Source of the DNA: the human T2T-CHM13v2.0 reference genome, Homo sapiens
DNA length: 64,000 bases
Assembly: GCF_009914755.1 (NCBI RefSeq)
Contig: NC_060932.1
Reading direction: 5' to 3' (one strand)
The position numbers and the translations under genes were made by a program. Below the pieces are notes generated by a model. It made no database searches and was not told where the DNA came from. It saw only the letters and a program-made list of their open reading frames with translations. Numbering within the stretch: position 1 is the first letter of the stretch; each line of letters opens with the position of its first letter. Positions 1 through 10,200 of this stretch are shown here, piece by piece.

Positions 1-3
1 GGA

Positions 4-20
4 TTTCGTTGGAAACGGGA
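4..20 (+). promoter_or_regulatory. CENP-B box, canonical (representative)
   Basis: TTTCGTTGGAAACGGGA matches YTTCGTTGGAARCGGGA. In the first unit, boxes with an intact TTCG-A-CGGG core start at 688, 1027, 1368, 1706 (ends CGGGC), 2044, 2382 and 2553, giving 7 per 15-mer. Confidence 0.97.
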
Positions 21-345
21 ATATCTTCAAATCAAATCTAGCCAGAAGCATTCTAAGAAACATCTTAGGGATGTTTACATTCAAGTCACAGAGTTGAACA
101 TTCCCTTTCACAGAGCAGGTTTGAAACAATCTTCTCGTACTATCTGGCAGTGGACATTTTGAGCTCCTTGGGGCCTATGCTGAAAAAGGAAATATCTTCC
201 GACAAAAACTAGACAGAAGCATTCGCAGAATCACGTTTGTGATGTGTGCACTCAACTGTCAGAATTGAACCTTGGTTTGGACAGAGCACTTTTGAAACAC
301 TCTTTTTGTAGAATCTGCAGGTGGATATTTGGCTAGCTTTGAGGA

Positions 346-362
346 TTTCGTTGGAAACGGTA
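346..362 (+). promoter_or_regulatory. Degenerate CENP-B box in monomer b (fixed in all units)
   Basis: TTTCGTTGGAAACGGTA: CGGG>CGGT alters one of the 9 core positions needed for CENP-B binding. The same allele was seen in every b monomer read. Confidence 0.9.
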
Positions 363-390
363 ATGTCTTCAAAGAAAATCTAGACAGAAG

Positions 391-561
391 CATTCTCAGA
401 AACACCTTCGTGATGTTTGCAATCAAGTCACAGAGTTGAACCTTCCGTTTCATAGAGCAGGTTGGAAACACTCTTTTTGTAGTATCTGGAAGTGGACATT
501 TGGAGGGCTTTGTAGCCTATGTGGAAAAAGGAAATATCTTCCCATGAATGCGAGATAGAAG
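391..561 (+). repeat. Hybrid monomer c (5' from g, 3' from k)
   Basis: The 5' part matches g (caccttcgtgatgtttgcaatc, 1072-). The 3' part matches k (gagggctttgtagcc...gcgagatagaag, -1917). Confidence 0.9.
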
Positions 562-900
562 TAATCTCAGAAACATGTTTATGCTGTATCTACTCAACTA
601 ACTGTGCTGAACATTTCTATTGATAGAGCAGTTTTGAGACACTCTTCTTTTGGAATCTGCAAGTGGATATTTGGAGAGATTTGAGGATTTCGTTGGAAAC
701 GGGATTATATATAAAAAGTAGACAGCAGCATTCTCAGAAACTTCTTTGTGATGTTTGCATCCAGCTCTCAGAGTTGAACATTCCCTTTCATAGAGTAGGT
801 TTGAAACCCTCTTTTTATAGTGTCTGGAAGCGGGCATTTGGAGCGCTTTCAGGCCTATGCTTAAAATAGGAAATATCTACCTACAGAAACTAGACAGAAG

Positions 901-1071
901 CATTCTGAGAATCTCGTTTGTGATGTGGGTACTCAACTAACAGTGTTGATCCATTCTTTTGATACAGCAGTTTTGAACCACACTTTTTGTAGAATCTGCA
1001 AGAGGATATTTGGATAGCTGTGAGGATTTCGTTGGAAACGGGAATGTCTTCAAAGAAAATCTAGACAGAAA
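901..1071 (+). repeat. Hybrid monomer f (5' from f', 3' from b)
   Basis: The 5' part matches f' (gtgggtactc...gatccattc, 2256-). The 3' end gtcttcaaagaaaatctagac matches b (365-385) and not f' (gtcttcatagaaaatttagac). Confidence 0.88.
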
Positions 1072-1197
1072 CATTCTCAGAAACACCTTCGTGATGTTTG
1101 CAATCAAGTCACAGAGTTGAACCTTCCGTTTCATAGAGCAGGTTGGAAACACTCTTATTGTAGTATCTGGAAGTGGACATTTGGAGCGCTTTCAGGC

Positions 1198-1214
1198 CTA
1201 TGGTGAAAAAGGAA
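1198..1214 (+). promoter_or_regulatory. pJ-alpha (A-box) motif in A-type monomer (representative)
   Basis: CTATGGTGAAAAAGGAA sits at the position equivalent to the CENP-B box. It also occurs at 1535-1551 and is degenerate in monomers a, c, e, e' and k. Confidence 0.8.
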
Positions 1215-4200
1215 ATATCTTCCCATAAAAACGACATAGAAGCTATCTCAGGAACTTGTTTATGAGGCATCTAATCAACTAACAGTGTTGAACCTTTGTA
1301 CTGACAGAGCAGTTTGAAACACTCTTTTTTTGGAATCTGCAAGTGGATATTTGGATCGCTTTGAGGATTTCGTTGGAAACGGGATGCAATATAAAACGTA
1401 CACAGCAGCATACTCAGAAAATACTTTGCCATATTTCCATTCAAGTCACAGAGTGGAACATTCCCATTCATAGAGCAGGTTGGAAACACTCTTTTTGGAG
1501 TATCTGGAAGTGGACATTTGGAGCGCTTTCTGAACTATGGTGAAAAAGGAAATATCTTCCAATGAAAACAAGACAGAAGCATTCTGAGAAACTTATTTGT
1601 GATGTGTGTCCTCAACAAACGGACTTGAACCTTTCGTTTCATGCAGTACTTCTGGAACACTCTTTTTGAAGATTCTGCATGCGGATATTTGGATAGCTTT
1701 GAGGATTTCGTTGGAAACGGGCTTACATGTAAAAATTAGACAGCAGCATTCTCAGAAACTTCTTTGTGGTGTCTGCATTCAAGTCACAGAATTGAACATC
1801 CCCTCACATAGAGCAGTTGTGCAGCACTCTATTTGTAGTATCTGGAAGTGGACATTTGGAGGGCTTTGTAGCCTATGTGGAAAAAGGAAATATCTTCCCA
1901 TGAATGCGAGATAGAAGTAATCTCAGAAACATGTTTATGCTGTATCTACTCAACTAACTGTGCTGAACATTTCTATTGATAGAGCAGTTTTGAGACACTC
2001 TTCTTTTGGAATCTGCAAGTGGATATTTGGATAGATTTGAGGATTTCGTTGGAAACGGGATTATATATAAAAAGTAGACAGCAGCATTCTCAGAAACTTC
2101 TTTGTGATGTTTGCATCCAGCTCTCAGAGTTGAACATTCCCTTTCATAGAGTAGGTTTGAAACCCTCTTTTTATAGTGTCTGGAAGCGGGCATTTGGAGC
2201 GCTTTCAGGCCTATGCTGAAAAAGGAAATATCTACCTATAGAAACTAGACAGAAGCATTCTGAGAATCACGTTTGTGATGTGGGTACTCAACTAACAGTG
2301 TTGATCCATTCTTTTGATACAGCAGTTTTGAACCACACTTTTTGTAGAATCTGCAAGTGGATATTTGGATAGCTGTGAGGATTTCGTTGGAAACGGGAAT
2401 GTCTTCATAGAAAATTTAGACAGAAGCATTCTCAGAACCTTGATTGTGATGTGTGTTCTCCACTAACAGAGTTGAACCTTTCTTTTGACAGAACTGTTCT
2501 GAAACATTCTTTTTATAGAATCTGGAAGTGGATATTTGGAAAGCTTTGAGGATTTCGTTGGAAACGGGAATATCTTCAAATAAAATCTAGCCAGAAGCAT
2601 TCTAAGAAACATCTTAGGGATGTTTACATTCAAGTCACAGAGTTGAACATTCCCTTTCACAGAGCAGGTTTGAAACAATCTTCTCGTACTATCTGGCAGT
2701 GGACATTTTGAGCTCCTTGGGGCCTATGCTGAAAAAGGAAATATCTTCCGACAAAAACTAGACAGAAGCATTCGCAGAATCACGTTTGTGATGTGTGCAC
2801 TCAACTGTCAGAATTGAACCTTGGTTTGGACAGAGCACTTTTGAAACACTCTTTTTGTAGAATCTGCAGGTGGATATTTGGCTAGCTTTGAGGATTTCGT
2901 TGGAAACGGTAATGTCTTCAAAGAAAATCTAGACAGAAGCATTCTCAGAAACACCTTCGTGATGTTTGCAATCAAGTCACAGAGTTGAACCTTCCGTTTC
3001 ATAGAGCAGGTTGGAAACACTCTTTTTGTAGTATCTGGAAGTGGACATTTGGAGGGCTTTGTAGCCTATGTGGAAAAAGGAAATATCTTCCCATGAATGC
3101 GAGATAGAAGTAATCTCAGAAACATGTTTATGCTGTATCTACTCAACTAACTGTGCTGAACATTTCTATTGATAGAGCAGTTTTGAGACACTCTTCTTTT
3201 GGAATCTGCAAGTGGATATTTGGATAGATTTGAGGATTTCGTTGGAAACGGGATTATATATAAAAAGTAGACAGCAGCATTCTCAGAAACTTCTTTGTGA
3301 TGTTTGCATCCAGCTCTCAGAGTTGAACATTCCCTTTCATAGAGTAGGTTTGAAACCCTCTTTTTATAGTGTCTGGAAGCGGGCATTTGGAGCGCTTTCA
3401 GACCTATGCTTAAAATAGGAAATATCTACCTACAGAAACTAGACAGAAGCATTCTGAGAATCTCGTTTGTGATGTGGGTACTCAACTAACAGTGTTGATC
3501 CATTCTTTTGATACAGCAGTTTTGAACCACACTTTTTGTAGAATCTGCAAGAGGATATTTGGATAGCTGTGAGGATTTCGTTGGAAATGGGAATGTCTTC
3601 AAAGAAAATCTAGACAGAAACATTCTCAGAAACACCTTCGTGATGTTTGCAATCAAGTCACAGAGTTGAACCTTCCGTTTCATAGAGCAGGTTGGAAACA
3701 CTCTTATTGTAGTATCTGGAAGTGGACATTTGGAGCGCTTTCAGGCCTATGGTGAAAAAGGAAATATCTTCCCATAAAAACGACATAGAAGCTATCTCAG
3801 GAACTTGTTTATGATGCATCTAATCAACTAACAGTGTTGAACCTTTGTACTGACAGAGCAGTTTGAAACACTCTTTTTTTGGAATCTGCAAGTGGATATT
3901 TGGATCGCTTTGAGGATTTCGTTGGAAACGGGATGCAATATAAAACGTACACAGCAGCATACTCAGAAAATACTTTGCCATATTTCCATTCAAGTCACAG
4001 AGTGGAACATTCCCATTCATAGAGCAGGTTGGAAACACTCTTTTTGGAGTATCTGGAAGTGGACATTTGGAGCGCTTTCTGAACTATGGTGAAAAAGGAA
4101 ATATCTTCCAATGAAAACAAGACAGAAGCATTCTGAGAAACTTATTTGTGATGTGTGTCCTCAACAAACGGACTTGAACCTTTCGTTTCATGCAGTACTT

Positions 4201-7200
4201 CTGGAACACTCTTTTTGAAGATTCTGCATGCGGATATTTGGATAGCTTTGAGGATTTCGTTGGAAACGGGCTTACATGTAAAAATTAGACAGCAGCATTC
4301 TCAGAAACTTCTTTGTGGTGTCTGCATTCAAGTCACAGAATTGAACTTCCCCTCACATAGAGCAGTTGTGCAGCACTCTATTTGTAGTATCTGGAAGTGG
4401 ACATTTGGAGGGCTTTGTAGCCTATCTGGAAAAAGGAAATATCTTCCCATGAATGCGAGATAGAAGTAATCTCAGAAACATGTTTATGCTGTATCTACTC
4501 AACTAACTGTGCTGAACATTTCTATTGATAGAGCAGTTTTGAGACACTCTTCTTTTGGAATCTGCAAGTGGATATTTGGATAGATTTGAGGATTTCGTTG
4601 GAAACGGGATTATATATAAAAGTAGACAGCAGCATTCTCAGAAACTTCTTTGTGATGTTTGCATCCAGCTCTCAGAGTTGAACATTCCCTTTCATAGAGT
4701 AGGTTTGAAACCCTCTTTTTATAGTGTCTGGAAGCGGGCATTTGGAGCGCTTTCAGGCCTATGCTGAAAAAGGAAATATCTACCTATAGAAACTAGACAG
4801 AAGCATTCTGAGAATCACGTTTGTGATGTGGGTACTCAACTAACAGTGTTGATCCATTCTTTTGATACAGCAGTTTTGAACCACACTTTTTGTAGAATCT
4901 GCAAGTGGATATTTGGATAGCTGTGAGGATTTCGTTGGAAACGGGAATGTCTTCATAGAAAATTTAGACAGAAGCATTCTCAGAACCTTGATTGTGATGT
5001 GTGTTCTCCACTAACAGAGTTGAACCTTTCTTTTGACAGAACTGTTCTGAAACATTCTTTTTATAGAATCTGGAAGTGGATATTTGGAAAGCTTTGAGGA
5101 TTTCGTTGGAAACGGGAATATCTTCAAATCAAATCTAGCCAGAAGCATTCTAAGAAACATCTTAGGGATGTTTACATTCAAGTCACAGAGTTGAACATTC
5201 CCTTTCACAGAGCAGGTTTGAAACAATCTTCTCGTACTATCTGGCAGTGGACATTTTGAGCTCCTTGGGGCCTATGCTGAAAAAGGAAATATCTTCCGAC
5301 AAAAACTAGACAGAAGCATTCGCAGAATCACGTTTGTGATGTGTGCACTCAACTGTCAGAATTGAACCTTGGTTTGGACAGAGCACTTTTGAAACACTCT
5401 TTTTGTAGAATCTGCAGGTGGATATTTGGCTAGCTTTGAGGATTTCGTTGGAAACGGTAATGTCTTCAAAGAAAATCTAGACAGAAGCATTCTCAGAAAC
5501 ACCTTCGTGATGTTTGCAATCAAGTCACAGAGTTGAACCTTCCGTTTCATAGAGCAGGTTGGAAACACTCTTTTTGTAGTATCTGGAAGTGGACATTTGG
5601 AGGGCTTTGTAGCCTATGTGGAAAAAGGAAATATCTTCCCATGAATGCGAGATAGAAGTAATCTCAGAAACATGTTTATGCTGTATCTACTCAACTAACT
5701 GTGCTGAACATTTCTATTGATAGAGCAGTTTTGAGACACTCTTCTTTTGGAATCTGCAAGTGGATATTTGGAGAGATTTGAGGATTTCGTTGGAAACGGG
5801 ATTATATATAAAAAGTAGACAGCAGCATTCTCAGAAACTTCTTTGTGATGTTTGCATCCAGCTCTCAGAGTTGAACATTCCCTTTCATAGAGTAGGTTTG
5901 AAACCCTCTTTTTATAGTGTCTGGAAGCGGGCATTTGGAGCGCTTTCAGGCCTATGCTTAAAATAGGAAATATCTACCTACAGAAACTAGACAGAAGCAT
6001 TCTGAGAATCTCGTTTGTGATGTGGGTACTCAACTAACAGTGTTGATCCATTCTTTTGATACAGCAGTTTTGAACCACACTTTTTGTAGAATCTGCAAGA
6101 GGATATTTGGATAGCTGTGAGGATTTCGTTGGAAACGGGAATGTCTTCAAAGAAAATCTAGACAGAAACATTCTCAGAAACACCTTCGTGATGTTTGCAA
6201 TCAAGTCACAGAGTTGAACCTTCCGTTTCATAGAGCAGGTTGGAAACACTCTTATTGTAGTATCTGGAAGTGGACATTTGGAGCGCTTTCAGGCCTATGG
6301 TGAAAAAGGAAATATCTTCCCATAAAAACGACATAGAAGCTATCTCAGGAACTTGTTTATGAGGCATCTAATCAACTAACAGTGTTGAACCTTTGTACTG
6401 ACAGAGCAGTTTGAAACACTCTTTTTTTGGAATCTGCAAGTGGATATTTGGATCGCTTTGAGGATTTCGTTGGAAACGGGATGCAATATAAAACGTACAC
6501 AGCAGCATACTCAGAAAATTCTTTGCCATATTTCCATTCAAGTCACAGAGTGGAACATTCCCATTCATAGAGCAGGTTGGAAACACTCTTTTTGGAGTAT
6601 CTGGAAGTGGACATTTGGAGCGCTTTCTGAACTATGGTGAAAAAGGAAATATCTTCCAATGAAAACAAGACAGAAGCATTCTGAGAAACTTATTTGTGAT
6701 GTGTGTCCTCAACAAACGGACTTGAACCTTTCGTTTCATGCAGTACTTCTGGAACACTCTTTTTGAAGATTCTGCATGCGGATATTTGGATAGCTTTGAG
6801 GATTTCGTTGGAAACGGGCTTACATGTAAAAATTAGACAGCAGCATTCTCAGAAACTTCTTTGTGGTGTCTGCATTCAAGTCACAGAATTGAACATCCCC
6901 TCACATAGAGCAGTTGTGCAGCACTCTATTTGTAGTATCTGGAAGTGGACATTTGGAGGGCTTTGTAGCCTATGTGGAAAAAGGAAATATCTTCCCATGA
7001 ATGCGAGATAGAAGTAATCTCAGAAACATGTTTATGCTGTATCTACTCAACTAACTGTGCTGAACATTTCTATTGATAGAGCAGTTTTGAGACACTCTTC
7101 TTTTGGAATCTGCAAGTGGATATTTGGATAGATTTGAGGATTTCGTTGGAAACGGGATTATATATAAAAAGTAGACAGCAGCATTCTCAGAAACTTCTTT

Positions 7201-10200
7201 GTGATGTTTGCATCCAGCTCTCAGAGTTGAACATTCCCTTTCATAGAGTAGGTTTGAAACCCTCTTTTTATAGTGTCTGGAAGCGGGCATTTGGAGCGCT
7301 TTCAGGCCTATGCTGAAAAACAAATATCTACCTATAGAAACTAGACAGAAGCATTCTGAGAATCACGTTTGTGATGTGGGTACTCAACTAACAGTGTTGA
7401 TCCATTCTTTTGATACAGCAGTTTTGAACCACACTTTTTGTAGAATCTGCAAGTGGATATTTGGATAGCTGTGAGGATTTCGTTGGAAACGGGAATGTCT
7501 TCATAGAAAATTTAGACAGAAGCATTCTCAGAACCTTGATTGTGATGTGTGTTCTCCACTAACAGAGTTGAACCTTTCTTTTGACAGAACTGTTCTGAAA
7601 CATTCTTTTTATAGAATCTGGAAGTGGATATTTGGAAAGCTTTGAGGATTTCGTTGGAAACGGGAATATCTTCAAATAAAATCTAGCCAGAAGCATTCTA
7701 AGAAACATCTTAGGGATGTTTACATTCAAGTCACAGAGTTGAACATTCCCTTTCACAGAGCAGGTTTGAAACAATCTTCTCGTACTATCTGGCAGTGGAC
7801 ATTTTGAGCTCCTTGGGGCCTATGCTGAAAAAGGAAATATCTTCCGACAAAAACTAGACAGAAGCATTCGCAGAATCACGTTTGTGATGTGTGCACTCAA
7901 CTGTCAGAATTGAACCTTGGTTTGGACAGAGCACTTTTGAAACACTCTTTTTGTAGAATCTGCAGGTGGATATTTGGCTAGCTTTGAGGATTTCGTTGGA
8001 AACGGTAATGTCTTCAAAGAAAATCTAGACAGAAGCATTCTCAGAAACACCTTCGTGATGTTTGCAATCAAGTCACAGAGTTGAACCTTCCGTTTCATAG
8101 AGCAGGTTGGAAACACTCTTTTTGTAGTATCTGGAAGTGGACATTTGGAGGGCTTTGTAGCCTATGTGGAAAAAGGAAATATCTTCCCATGAATGCGAGA
8201 TAGAAGTAATCTCAGAAACATGTTTATGCTGTATCTACTCAACTAACTGTGCTGAACATTTCTATTGATAGAGCAGTTTTGAGACACTCTTCTTTTGGAA
8301 TCTGCAAGTGGATATTTGGAGAGATTTGAGGATTTCGTTGGAAACGGGATTATATATAAAAAGTAGACAGCAGCATTCTCAGAAACTTCTTTGTGATGTT
8401 TGCATCCAGCTCTCAGAGTTGAACATTCCCTTTCATAGAGTAGGTTTGAAACCCTCTTTTTATAGTGTCTGGAAGCGGGCATTTGGAGCGCTTTCAGGCC
8501 TATGCTTAAAATAGGAAATATCTACCTACAGAAACTAGACAGAAGCATTCTGAGAATCTCGTTTGTGATGTGGGTACTCAACTAACAGTGTTGATCCATT
8601 CTTTTGATACAGCAGTTTTGAACCACACTTTTTGTAGAATCTGCAAGAGGATATTTGGATAGCTGTGAGGATTTCGTTGGAAACGGGAATGTCTTCAAAG
8701 AAAATCTAGACAGAAACATTCTCAGAAACACCTTCGTGATGTTTGCAATCAAGTCACAGAGTTGAACCTTCCGTTTCATAGAGCAGGTTGGAAACACTCT
8801 TATTGTAGTATCTGGAAGTGGACATTTGGAGCGCTTTCAGGCCTATGGTGAAAAAGGAAATATCTTCCCATAAAAACGACATAGAAGCTATCTCAGGAAC
8901 TTGTTTATGAGGCATCTAATCAACTAACAGTGTTGAACCTTTGTACTGACAGAGCAGTTTGAAACACTCTTTTTTTGGAATCTGCAAGTGGATATTTGGA
9001 TCGCTTTGAGGATTTCGTTGGAAACGGGATGCAATATAAAACGTACACAGCAGCATACTCAGAAAATTCTTTGCCATATTTCCATTCAAGTCACAGAGTG
9101 GAACATTCCCATTCATAGAGCAGGTTGGAAACACTCTTTTTGGAGTATCTGGAAGTGGACATTTGGAGCGCTTTCTGAACTATGGTGAAAAAGGAAATAT
9201 CTTCCAATGAAAACAAGACAGAAGCATTCTGAGAAACTTATTTGTGATGTGTGTCCTCAACAAACGGACTTGAACCTTTCGTTTCATGCAGTACTTCTGG
9301 AACACTCTTTTTGAAGATTCTGCATGCGGATATTTGGATAGCTTTGAGGATTTCGTTGGAAACGGGCTTACATGTAAAAATTAGACAGCAGCATTCTCAG
9401 AAACTTCTTTGTGGTGTCTGCATTCAAGTCACAGAATTGAACATCCCCTCACATAGAGCAGTTGTGCAGCACTCTATTTGTAGTATCTGGAAGTGGACAT
9501 TTGGAGGGCTTTGTAGCCTATGTGGAAAAAGGAAATATCTTCCCATGAATGCGAGATAGAAGTAATCTCAGAAACATGTTTATGCTGTATCTACTCAACT
9601 AACTGTGCTGAACATTTCTATTGATAGAGCAGTTTTGAGACACTCTTCTTTTGGAATCTGCAAGTGGATATTTGGATAGATTTGAGGATTTCGTTGGAAA
9701 CGGGATTATATATAAAAAGTAGACAGCAGCATTCTCAGAAACTTCTTTGTGATGTTTGCATCCAGCTCTCAGAGTTGAACATTCCCTTTCATAGAGTAGG
9801 TTTGAAACCCTCTTTTTATAGTGTCTGGAAGCGGGCATTTGGAGCGCTTTCAGGCCTATGCTGAAAAAGGAAATATCTACGTATAGAAACTAGACAGAAG
9901 CATTCTGAGAATCACGTTTGTGATGTGGGTACTCAACTAACAGTGTTGATCCATTCTTTTGATACAGCAGTTTTGAACCACACTTTTTGTAGAATCTGCA
10001 AGTGGATATTTGGATAGCTGTGAGGATTTCGTTGGAAACGGGAATGTCTTCATAGAAAATTTAGACAGAAGCATTCTCAGAACCTTGATTGTGATGTGTG
10101 TTCTCCACTAACAGAGTTGAACCTTTCTTTTGACAGAACTGTTCTGAAACATTCTTTTTATAGAATCTGGAAGTGGATATTTGGAAAGCTTTGAGGATTT

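Larger units (their letters stand above)
49..2597 (+). repeat. Reference 15-mer HOR unit (2549 bp)
   Basis: Monomer starts: a49 b220 c391 d562 e729 f901 g1072 h1243 i1409 j1580 k1747 d1918 e'2085 f'2256 o2427. Monomer a recurs at 2598. Confidence 0.95.

Noticed and set aside
704-718. TATA-like ttatatataaaaag after the CENP-B box in d monomers
   Set aside because: An AT-rich monomer tail repeated in every unit. No promoter function can be supported from sequence alone.
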